NCBI RefSeq assembly: GCF_018977255.1
Contig: NW_024704742.1
Location: 104,906,001-104,970,000 of the forward strand
DNA from: Callorhinchus milii
Taxonomy: Eukaryota
Length of the DNA stretch: 64,000 nucleotides
Reading direction: 5' to 3'
In this document: positions 27,031 to 38,923 of the stretch, in pieces
Layout of the letters: each line of letters starts with the position of its first letter
How positions within the stretch are numbered: the first letter of the stretch is position 1
Notes under the pieces: model-generated
Databases searched by the model: none
Seen by the model: the letters and a program-made list of their open reading frames with translations, nothing else
What the model was told of the DNA's origin: nothing
Program-made: the position numbers and the translations under genes

Positions 27031-28035
27031 ATCGACTGGTTGGAGACTTCTGCTCCACAGGAACAGGAATAGGTTGGCCTTTTTGTTCATTTTATTTTAA
27101 TAGTTCTGAGAAGCTCCATTTTATTACCCTGTCTTTCGCTATATCCCTTGAAGCCATAATCCCGAGTACCTATTTAACTTCTCTTTTAAACACCTTAATT
27201 GATTCTGCATCTTTTAGGCTTCTGGAACACATTCCACCATTATGTAACTCTTTGTATGACAAATGTGTTCCAACATTTTCTGGCTTCACTTTTAACTGCC
27301 TTAACTCTAATTTTAAGATTTTGTCCTCTTGTTCTAATGTTTTATTTAATTTTATTTACCTCAGGCTTCAAGAAAAAAAATAATTCTGAGCAAAATAGGG
27401 AGCACAATTAAATAATGCTATGAATCATTAAATACCAAGCATACTGTTTTATATTGCTACTAGCTTGCATAATATTGTGCTTACCAAGGCATTTGAGATT
27501 TGCAAAATTCTTAAATATGAGTGTTGTATAACACAAAATGAATCAGTACCTATCCAGTTGAGTAAATACTCCAACCTTAAATGTAACACAATTTATCAAG
27601 GAAACATTATAAATAGTGATTTAAAAGATTTTGATGGGTTAACATACTCTCGGGTACAACTGCCTCTTAGTTTACACTCTCAGTCCAAAAAGTAGAAATC
27701 CTCAGGATTTTACGATTACCAATTCTTGGCTGCTACATCAAACTGCAGACAAGAACGTGGAGCCTTTGTGCTATTCAGGGAAGAGCTAATTGATGAACAG
27801 TTTACTGTTTGTAAGTGCCTGTCTTTTAAATCCACTATGCAATGCTTAGTGATCACTTGGATATATTTCTGATCTTGAGACTTGAAAAGTAATGTGCACT
27901 CATCAGCAATTGCAAAGGATACCAATAATCTCTTTCTGGCACCAGTCGTATATCTCAGGCAACAGGAAAAAAGAATACATCATTTTGTACAATTCACTAA
28001 CAGTGTTGTAGAAGTCTGAGTCAAGTTGCAATATA

Positions 28036-28399
28036 AATAATCTTTGCATTTGATATAGCGCCTCATCATGTCTTCAAGACGTCTCAAAGCGGGTCACAGA
28101 ATATACTGTAAAGTGAATTTCTGTATATTTTGTGGGCGAAACGCAGCAGCCAACTGCGCACAGGAGTGTCCCACAAACAGTTATGGATTGAAGTGACCAA
28201 TTTATTATTATTTTTTGAAATAATTATTACCCCCAGAAAGTGATCCCCCAATCGACTAACAGGTGGGTTCCTACTTACTGCTAAGTAAACAGAGGAGTGT
28301 GGAGTAAGGAAACTTGCCCAACATTTCGTTCTGCTGGGAATCAAACCCAGGTCTCTCACTTGCGAGGAGAGTGCTCTAAGCACTAAGTTACAGGACTCC
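28036..28399 (-). mobile_element. Full-length tRNA-derived SINE, long form
   Basis: Minus strand ggagtcctgtaacttagtgcttagagc..., central ctctgtttacttagcagtaagtaggaacc segment, same 3' tail. Confidence 0.88.
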
Positions 28400-31274
28400 A
28401 CAACTAAATACTTAATATATGATTTTCTGGGAGTCAGCCAAGTGTCTTATACATATGAAACCTATCACATGCTTTAGAGTATAAAAATCAGATTGAGTTC
28501 GACAAATGTATGCCGCCTATGCATGGTAATTTCCATGTCTGAAATAAAATATGCATTTTCTTCCTTGAGAGATGCACCCTGACTACCTAATTCCAAAATG
28601 CATTAGGCAAAGGTTGGCGAGGGTCAAGACTTGGGGACCCCAGAATGTTAGGGTATCGCTGGAGTTCAACCAGCTAAATCCATGTAGCCTGGCATTGACA
28701 GCACGGTCTGGCAAACTTCCTGCTGCTTGTTTAGCTAGGATAATCCTACCCATTAGGGCTTTGTCTTGCAGGGTTGGTCTTCCTTTCCAAGTACTGGTAA
28801 CAAGCCAGCTAATTGGTCTGCTAGTAGAAGTACTGTTGCCTTGAGGTACTGTAGGCTTAAGAACTAGATAAACAAGACCGCCATAGCGGGTGACTTTGAT
28901 TCCAACATTCCAAACGTGTTACCTTGAACGCAACTCAGCCCCCATGAGACCTCGCTTACCTTCTTCCTAAGAAGGATAGGCACAAATTGGTGATTTGACA
29001 TCTGATAAGGGCAAGCTTGAGCCCTCGCTAAGTGGGTAGAAGGTATCAACAATGCCCTGTGAGCTTCCTGGTGAGCAGCACATCTCAAAATAAAATGCAC
29101 AAGAGCATTGCTACCATACATCTACCCACTGATACAAATCCCACTCCTGCTGAGATACAAATCTCCACCAAGTGAGCAATAGTTCACTTCACCAGTTGGA
29201 GCTGTGGAGCTTGAGCAGCAGCTGCTTACCTCTCTGCAAACCAATCAACATGGATAGCAACCCTATACATATGAGCATTCACAAACACAAGAGTCCAGAA
29301 AATGTCTTCTAGCAGCTGTCATCTCAAGCCTCAGTTTACTCATCTACTATTTGTTGTTATTTTTTTTCCATTTTTACGGACATCTGGTGTTGAACATGAT
29401 GGAAGGATCTATAAAGGACAGATTGTGACTGCCAACCATCTTGATATTCTAAAGGTACAAGTTCAATGCTGCATACCAGGCTGACCTTTGATTCAGCAAA
29501 AAGATGTGCCTGTCACAAAGCCAATTCTGCCTCCCATAACAGGACAGTGTGGGCTGGAGTCCTCCCTCCCTGTAGTCACTTCGCACTTTTACTACTTCAT
29601 TGCTTGGCCCTGAACTCTGCAAATGGGTCAATGGAAACCTCTCTTGCTGCATGCCCAAAAGCTCAGAACCATAACTAATAATAATCCTTACATTTGATAT
29701 AGCACCTTTCATATTGTAAAGAACTCTCAAAGAACTTTACTGTAAAATGTCGTGATTTATGTTGTAACTGTGTATTTGTAGACAAACCATGAAGAATGCA
29801 ATCATGAAATTAGAGGTAAAGTATAGTATATCAAAACGCTGTACTCGTGCAAAGTTATTAAGTCGGAATAATGACCTATGTTAAACAATTGGGATCCACA
29901 CCAAGCTTAACTAAAGTAAAGGTCACTGTGATATAGTTACAGTAACAAATCACACCCCTGGATTTCTAGAAGCTACTAAATCAAATACACAACTGCTCTT
30001 TTTTTTAAAAAAAGCTACAGGCAACTCAACTGACTAATTTTAATGTCAGTATAAATGTTAACCCTTACACTGGCAATCAGTACAAATAATTTTCCCATCT
30101 TTTCGTGAAGGTGTTGACTCATGTTGGGATGGTACAATTCCACTGTTGCCAGCATTGACGGTGTATCTCATTTAAGTGGCCGTTCTTCAAGTGTGAGCTG
30201 AGTTAACTGGAACTTTGATAGAAAAGGGACTGATTGATCAGATTAGCTGAGACGATGCTTCGGTTCGGATAAACTACGTGGAGCTTTTTGGCTCTCAATC
30301 TTTTTATCGACACCATTTAACTTCAGATATTGCAGGAATGTGTGAGTTTAAACTGCATTGTGTACTTAAATCTGTCTCCAGTCACATTACTGTAAATTCT
30401 GGGAAATGCTTTAAATAATTCCATGTGATAAGGTACTGTATAAAATGCAAGATTATTATATGTCATTTAAAATTACAGGGTATTCCATTTTATTCTTTAC
30501 ATTTTGGTAAATGTAAATGTAGAAAATTGAGAACAATTTACTTTTTGTTGGAGTAACAGAATCCTTTTATGAGTCATGCTGTGCAATCAGATATTCTGCT
30601 AACAGCAGTTGTGTGGAGTAAGGATTGCTCATCTCCCACAGCTGGTTTGCATTGTTTCCATAGTTTTGTTTTAAAAAGTGTACACAACTGAGCCTAATCA
30701 TGTCCTTTCGTGATGACTGCATACGAGTGCTTTCCAACTGGAGTCAAATGGATAGCCATCCAGAGGAGAAACCATATTCTTAGATTCACAGAATATACAG
30801 CTCAGAAGCAGGACATTCAGCCCTCCCAGTCTGGCTGGTGTTCATACTCCACTCAAGTGCCTATGCTAGACACAGTCCCTAGTCCGATATCCTGCTTTAT
30901 TCCCCCATAGCTCTCAACTCTATTCTCTCTTAAACATGCGCCCAGTCTATTTTTTGAAGGGGCACATGGTTACCACCGCAACAAGTGACTGTGGCAAAGA
31001 ATTCCACTCTCCACTGATCTCTCATTCACCCCCATCACCACCACACCTAGAGCAACTCTTGTGTCCCTACATCAATTTAAGTATATAGCATAGATCAAAC
31101 CTGAGACCTTTACCATACATATATAGTTAATTCCCATATCAGAGACTGTACACTGCCATCAATCAGCATGTACAGTGTTACAGCTGAACTTGGGTCAGTT
31201 TTAAAATGATGAATTTCATAATGTTTTTGGCATTATAGCAAGTTATTATCAGTTAGTAAATCTGAATTTACTAA

Positions 31275-34200
31275 CTGGCATCAGGGACCACCATGGTCCT
31301 GTTGGGTTGGCTGCCCCAGCCCCAGCCTATGGGCTAATGCCATCCACCTGACCGCTTGCTCTTGATCCCCGCGTGTGCATTATGACTGCCGCTCTGACCC
31401 GAGCCCCCTCAGCCCCTCCCTCCCCCTCCTCTCTCCCCCCAAACCCTCCCCCTCTGCATCTCTCCCGCTCTGTCCTCTCTCTCCGTCCCTCTCGCCTTCT
31501 ATCCCCACTTGACCCTCCCACAACCTCCCTCTGTTCCAGCCTGGGAATCCTCCGCCGGGCTCACCGCGGCACTCGGCGTTGGCTGTCCAGCAGCAGCCAC
31601 ATCGACTGCCCCATTCCCCACTACACTCGCCACCCACCCCGGGCACAGACCCGGGGAGTCAACCTCTCCTCCCTCATCCCCATTCCTCACCCCTGCCTCA
31701 TAACCTGGACCTCCCTCCCTCCCCACACACCCTTTTGTCAGCCGCTCCCTCCACATCAGACTACAAAATGTCCGCTCCCTCTGTAACAAGGCCCTGGTCA
31801 TCAACGATCTCATCCTTGATGAGAGCGTTGATATCATGGCCTTAACGGAAACCTGGCTCACCCCAGGTGACACCTTCCCCTCACGGAGGCCACACCACCC
31901 GGCTACACCTCCCACCACATCCCTCGCCCCAACCGCCGTGGATGTGGTGTTGCCCTTATCTCAAGGACACCACTTGCCCTATTCCCCTACTCTTCTGGCT
32001 CTTTCCCCTCCTTTGAGCACCTCACCCTCCCCCACCCCTCCTTCCTCTCACTCAAAATCCTCCTCCTCTACCGGCCCCCTAAAACCTCTCTAACCTTCAT
32101 TTCCGATATTACTACTCTACTTACATCTCTCTGCCTCTGCTCTGATCGCCTCATCATCCTGGGCGACTTCAACCTGCACTTCACCCCCTCCTGCTCCACC
32201 TCCTCGGACTTCTCCTCCCTGCTCTCCTCGCTCAACCTCTCCCTCCACATCAACTCCACCACTCACAGTTACAGCCACCCACTCGATTTGGTGATCACCC
32301 GGGGCCTCAGTGTCTCGGATGTCACCATTACCGACAAGGCCATCTCCGATCACCACTTCATCTCCTTCACCACCTCCACCCCCCTCCCCACCTCCACCAG
32401 ACCCACCACCATCTTCTACTGCTGCTGGAAGAAGTTACCCCCACAATCCCTAACCACTGCCTTGGAGTCCTCTGAACTCCTCTCCCTCTGGCCTTCAACC
32501 CTCACTGACCCCTCTTCTGCTCTCACCCTCCTCCACAACACCCTCTCCTCCACACTTGACACTCTTGCCCCCATCACTCCCGTACTGTCTCCTACTCTCG
32601 CTCCTCCCCCTGGTTCACAACCCACCTCCGCTCACTGAAGAGCCAGGTGCGGGCCGCTGAACGCACCTGCCTCAAATCTGGCCTAACGGTCCACCGACAA
32701 ATCTGGCTGGACCTCCTCAAAATCTACCGCTCCACTCTAGCCTCGGCCAAGTCGTCCTTCTACTCCAGGATAATCCTGGAGGCGAAGAACAACCCCAGGC
32801 TACTGTTTTCTACCACATCCCGACTCCTCCGTCCCCCCGCCACCCCGCGCAGGTCATCTCCTCCAACCTTCACTGCGAGGAGATGCTGGATTTCCTTGAA
32901 TCCAAAATCAAGGGAATCCGCTCCGCGGTCACTTCCCCTCCAACTTCCACCCACCCCTTCCCTCCCACACTCCGACTCCTACCCATCCTCCCCTACACAC
33001 CTTCGAACCCGTTTCCCCACCCTCTGTCACCAAACTCATCCTGTCCCTGAAACCCACCACCTGCTCCCTTGACCCCATCCCCACTCCACTCCTTATCTCT
33101 CAGCTCCACCTCCTTGCCCCACTTATCACAGACATCATCAACCTGTCCCTCTCCTCTGGCTCTGTTCCCATTCCCCTAAAAACTGCTATCATCAATCCCA
33201 CTTTGAAAAAACCCTCCCTTGATGCGTCGCAGCTATCAAGCTACCGGCCCATCTCCAACCTCCCCTTCCTGTCCAAGGTCCTTGAAAGAGTTGTTCTCAT
33301 TATTCGAACCCCTTCAGTCAGGTTTCCGTGCTGCCCATAGCACAGAAACCGCCCTGGTCAAGGGCACCAATGACATCTTGACCACCTGCGACCAGGGCTC
33401 CCTCTGTCTCCTCGTCCTCCTCGACCTATCGGCAGCATTCGATACGGTCGACCACTCTATCCTCCTCCACCACTTGTCCTCCCACCTCAACCTTCAAGGC
33501 CCTGTCCTTGAGTGGTTTAGGTCGTACCTCTCCCACCGTCTTCATTTTGTTTCCACAAACGGCTTTTCCTCCACCCCCCGCACTGTCTAGTGCGGTGTCC
33601 CTCAGGGCTCTGTCCTCGGTCCCCTCCTCTTCACCCTCTATATGCTCCTCCTGGTGACATCATCCGCAGACTTAACTTCCGCACGTATGCAGATGACACA
33701 ACTCTACCTTTCCTCCTCTACCCTCAACTCCACGACCACCGATGTCCTGACAGCTGCCTGTTTGACATCGAGTCCTGGATGAGAGACAACTTTCTTCAGC
33801 TCAACGTGCGCAAAACTGAGGCCCTCCTGATTGGCTCACGTCAGCGCCTCCGCACCTCAGGCGCTGACAGCATCAGCATCCAAGGCTGCACTCTCCACCT
33901 CTCAAAGCCAGTCAGGAACCTCGGCGTTCTGTTCGACCCTGAGCTGTCCTTTCTCCCTCATATCCGCACCACAACTGGCACCGCCTTCCATCACCTCCGG
34001 AACATCGCCAGACTACGGCACTACCTCACCCCTCACGCTGCTGAAACTCTGGTCCACGCCTTTATCACCTCAAGGCTGGACTATGGGAACTCTCTCCTCG
34101 TCGGCCTTCCCGCACCTCCCTCCACAAGCTGCAGGTCATTCAGAACTCTGCAGCTCGTGTACTGTCCCGCACCAGGCTTCGGGACCACATCACTCCCACC

Positions 34201-35005
34201 CTCGCTCGCCTCCACTGGCTCCCCATCCCCCAGAGGATCGAATTCAAGATCCTCATCCTCACCTACAAGGCCATTCACGGCCTCGCTCCCTCCTACCTCT
34301 CTGACCTACTATCCCGCTACCTACCTGCCCGTACCCTCCATTCCTCTGGCTCCGGTTTGCTCCACATCCCCCGCCCCAACCGCCCTACCATCGGTGGCCG
34401 GGCCTTCAGCCTCTCAGCCCCGAGGCTCTGGAACTTCAGCCCCCAGTGCCTTCGCCGCCTCCTCCCTTTCCTCCTTCAAGGCCGGTCTCAAGACCTTTCT
34501 CTTTGACCGTGCCTTCAGCTCCCCTCTTAACTCCATTCAAGGACTACCTACCTGGAGTCCTGTAGCTCAGTGGTTAAAGCACTCGCTTTGCAAGTGAGAG
34601 ACCTGAGTTCAATTCCAGGCAGAGGGCGAAACCTTGGGTAAGTTTCCTTACTCCACACAGAGCCTAATAATAATAATCCCTCCAAAAACCAAACACAATA
34701 ATAAATTGGTCATTTTTAATCTACGACGGTTTGTGGGACATTGCTGTGCGCAATTGGCTGCCGCGTTCGCCCACAAACATATACAGTCAGTTCACTTTAC
34801 AGTGTGTTCTGTGAAGCGTTTTGGGACGTCCTCCCAACGTGAAAAACGCTATATCAAATGCAAGGATTATTATTACCCCCTCCTCGCCCCCTCCCTTCCC
34901 TCCCCTCATCCTGACTATTTCCCCCCTGCTCGGGTCCTGACCCAACTTGGGACGTCCTCCTGATGTGAAAGGCGCTCTATAAATGGAATCTTGTTGTTGT
35001 TGTTG
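31275..35005 (+). mobile_element. Near full-length, frameshifted L2-clade LINE (APE endonuclease + RT), interrupted by a SINE at 34554-34875
   Basis: APE motifs NVRSL..KAL, MALTETWL, IILGDFNLH, PLDLVI, ISDHHFI; RT motifs [45 protein letters not shown]-terminal ETLVHAFITSRLDY; 3' hairpin plus (TTG)n tail. Confidence 0.92.
34554..34875 (+). mobile_element. Full-length tRNA-derived SINE, short form, inserted in the L2 3'UTR
   Basis: Nearly identical to 23505-23831; L2 3'UTR resumes at ~34876. Confidence 0.92.
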
Positions 35006-35386
35006 AATTAAACCTCATTAAGTATTGGTTCTTTTAAAATATATTAATAATAGCTATCCAAAATCTTAACTCAAACATATTAGCTTTACATTTTGCTATT
35101 AGCTTTGCAAATCGGGTGATTTTCAGAAGATGAGACCTCAAGCAATACATCATCGCCACATTAATGAAAGTTAATACTATAAGATTACCACCACAATATT
35201 CTTAAATAGGAATACAGCATAAATCATTGTAAATGAACATTTAAATTCAATGTCAACATTTATTAAAACAACTTAATTACAGTTGATTATTTTGTCATTG
35301 AAATTCTACCTAGTCTTAGCCTGTAAGACCATCTTATCCTAAAATACAGGTCTTGATTTGGAAGCTGGTTTCTTTTTAAGAACTGT

Positions 35387-36166
35387 AAGGCAATGTGGTG
35401 GAGGTGGAAGAAGGTGGTCCTGGTCAGGGACTGGATGTAGAGGAGGAAGGACAGCTGGAGGTCGAACCAACGCCTAGATTGCACACTGGTTTGGTGAGTC
35501 TAACGAAGAGCCCAGGGAAGGTTAAGGAGTTCAGATCCGCAGGAGTGAAGACGGTGACGGGAGCCAAGGAGTATGGCTTCCGTCTTATCCATTCAGCTGC
35601 AGGATGTTTGCACTCATCCAGGCCCTGATGTCTGCCCGACAAGCTGATAGAACATTGGCAGGTCTGGAGTTGGTACTGCAAGAGTAGATTTGTGTGTCAT
35701 CCGCACACATGTGGAAGTTTACCAAGTGTCTGTGGATGACATCGCCCAGAGGGAGCATATAGATGAGGAAAAGAAGAGGGTCAAGGATGGAACCTGGGAT
35801 TCCCTGCAGGTGACCGGGCAGGGGCTGGTGGAGAAACCATTTGCCGAGATTAAGTGGAGGCAGTTAGTTAAGTAGGACTCGAACCATGTGAGTGGATTCT
35901 CACTAAGGTGGATGAGGGAGGAGAGGCAGTGATGGAGGATGGTGTGGTCAACTGTGTCGAACACGGCAGTGAGATCCAAGAGGACAAGGAGGCAGAGATA
36001 GCCCTGGTCACAGATTGAGAGAATGTAGTTTGTGACTTTGACAAGTACTGTCTCTGGGCTGTGGGCAGGGCAAAATCCAGACTGCAGGGGCTCGAGGAGA
36101 GAATGGAGGAGGAGGTGTGACCGAAGTTGACCTGCAACAATGCGTTCCAGGACTTTAGCAAGGAAG
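35387..36166 (-). mobile_element. Internal L2 RT fragment, truncated at both ends
   Basis: Minus strand reads PFLAKVLERIVA, EPLQSGF, DLTAVFDTVDH, ADD and FFHLHHIA; no 3' tail. Confidence 0.85.
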
Positions 36167-38014
36167 GGTAGGTAGTCCTTGAATGGACTCTAGCAGCCGT
36201 TAAATTCCTCATCTGCACCTATAAATTTCATCATGCCATTACACCTCCCTATCTCTGTGACCGTCTCCTACCCCACTCTTCTGCTCAGTTCTCCACCCAG
36301 CTAACTCAGACCTGCTCTGGATAGAAGAACCAAATGTTAATGGATGGTACAATACAATATATAGGGCTTTCCACATTGGGAGATGGCTGGGCACCCCAGC
36401 TGGGGGTGGGAGTCGAAGAGGGTTTGGAGGGAAAAGATAACTGAAAGCATGGTTAAAAAGGTACGTCTTGAGACGAGGGGAAAGGGTGAGCAAATCGCAG
36501 AGACTCCAGGATAGAGTTCCTGAGAGCAGGTTCAGATTGCCTGAAAGCCAACGAAGGAAGATTGACAGTAGCAGCTGTATCAATTTAAATAGATCCCAAT
36601 CTTCACCAACAGGACTAAATTTAGAATAATCACTCAAAAAAGCCATGACTTATTCATACTATGAAACAGAAAAGTACAAATTGCAGCACAAGCCACTCCA
36701 TAAGCACAGATTGATTTGTTAAAAATAGAATAGGATAAGGATCAATTGTCCTATTTTTGTAAAGAATATACAGTGCTTCTGGCAAATTGTAACATGTCCC
36801 TCACATTTACAGGTTAAAAATGTCTGCCTGTGATTTATTCACATGATTTCAATTCTGAATTGAACGTGGGATGGTTAAATAAAGCATTTTGACTACCCAC
36901 AGGTCTTGTTCGTGATAAACTCATTATGAACAGTTCATTTGAGTCATTCGAAAAGCTCTACCACCTGACAAACGCTGCTGAACACTATTATTGCAAGAGA
37001 CAGGAGATAATTGGACACCAACGAGTGAGCAAATATCACAATTCATAGCATATTGACGCATCATTATGTTTTATTGAACTATTAAAACAACCATATAAAA
37101 TTGCCTCTAATCTTCCTGGTATCTTTGTTTTCCTACATAATAAAGCTGACAACAGTAATTTTAAGGAGTTAAACATCAGTGCACTCTAATTAATGCAAAG
37201 GGAATTCATTTACTTGTAATAAATGCATGAAATTACAATTCTTTACAATTTTGAAAAATGAGCTTCGGTTCAAATTCTAATTCTAAAATGTATTTAATCC
37301 TTCAATTTAATCCATAGTTCATTGAGTAGGCATTCTGTAAATGTGATTGTGTCTATAAGAAGCTATAATAAGTATATCACAAAAATATTTGTGTCTTTTG
37401 GGGGGAGGAAGACAAAACATGAACTGGAAAGAACCAAAAAAGTAAAGTGGCAACTACAGGGTCCGACTGGCTATATGGGAAATCGGGAAAAGATAGTGCC
37501 CCTGTGATTGGCTCCCGATATTTACCACCCCAGCTCGTTCCCTTGTTCTATTGTCTTGATGGATCCTAAAGTATTGACCTGGGTTTACTTTTTCAAACCC
37601 ATTTAAAATTTTATACACCTTTAAATAATATTCTCTCAAGACTGTAAGACTTTTAGACAGTGCAAATTGCCCTGTTCACTTAGACACAGTCACTACACTT
37701 TAAAGACATCCCCCTTTTGTGAAAAGGAGTTCTGTCAAATTTAAGGATTATTATTATTGAACATGACAAAGGTACTGGATACGGGAGAACTGAATTATTT
37801 TCCATTGCGAGAGTATTAATGTTCATTGCAATAAAAATATTTTCCACAACAGTGAATAGTGCCAATCTTTCTGTCTGGTATTCTTTTTCAGTCTTTTTTT
37901 AGTGCAATAAAATTAGTTCACAGATCCATTCATGCAACTACCATAAAGAGGTATTCAGTTAATGGATTTATTCTCTATACACTGAAAGTACTTTCCTTTT
38001 AATATGAACAATTC

Positions 38015-38429
38015 AATAATAATAATAATCCTTGCATTTGATATAGCGCATTATCACGTATTCCAAGACATCTCAAAGCGCTTCACAGAATATACTGTAA
38101 AGTGAATTGACTGTATATTCTGTGGGCGAAACGCAGCAGCCAATTGCACATAGCAGTGTCCCACAAACAGTCATAGATTGAGTGATCAAATTATTATTAT
38201 TATTTTATTTATATTATACTATTATTATTTTTACTTTTTTGAAGGGATTATTACGCCCGGAAAACCGATCCGCCAATCAATCAACTAACAACCGGTTTCC
38301 TCCTTTCAGCTAGGTAAACAGAGGTGTGTGGAGTAAGGAAACTTGTCTAACGTTTCGCACTGCCCCGGGAATTGAACCCAGGTCCCCTCACTTGTGAGGC
38401 GAGTGATCTAACCACTAAGCTACAGGACT
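38015..38429 (-). mobile_element. Full-length tRNA-derived SINE, long form
   Basis: agtcctgtagcttagtggttag...gggttcaattcc head, ctctgtttacctagc central segment, (TTA)n tail. Confidence 0.88.
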
Positions 38430-38811
38430 GCTTGGCTGGGTTCAATCACTGTGCTGGTTAGCCGCTTAGTTTAGTTGCGTCTCTCAGGAAGCGCCTGGAT
38501 TAAAGGCAGGCAAATAAAAGGCACAAAAGTAGCAACAAAGTGGTTCAGGCAAATTGTCATTGATACTGATACCATGACCAATGTTTGTGATGATGTGGTC
38601 ATAGGCGATAGAAGCTTTTTATGTTGAAGATGGGTGTAACCAGGTGAGAGGGGATTGGAGGAGGGCGCCATACTGAAGTTTTGCCTAGGGCGGTAGATTG
38701 GTTTGAGTGGCCTCTGACTATACCTAGACAGGAAGTGATGCTGGCAACCCTTCCTGCACATAGCACACATGCTCATCACGCAGTAAGTGATGGCAGCCAT
38801 ATTAATAACAC

Positions 38812-38923
38812 AAAAACAGAAGTCACTGGGAATACTCAGCAGGTCAGGCAGTATCTATGGAGAAAGGAAAGTGAATTAACGTTTCGGGTCTATGACCCGA
38901 GAGTTCACAGCGACTTCTGTTTT
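38812..38923. mobile_element. Short inverted-repeat element, probably Penelope-derived; its continuation lies at 41130-41166 beyond the CR1
   Basis: 18/20 terminal inverted repeat aaaacagaagtcactgggaa / ttcacagcgacttctgtttt and internal hairpin tcgggtc-tat-gacccga; family assignment is from recall only. Confidence 0.5.

Noticed and set aside
33590..34597. 335-aa ORF, longest in the track
   Set aside because: Frameshifted L2 ORF2 remnant running into a SINE, not a host gene.
38485..38716. Possible hAT-type MITE (gggcgcca...tttgcctagggc)
   Set aside because: Termini too degenerate; no TIR pair or 8-bp TSD identified.
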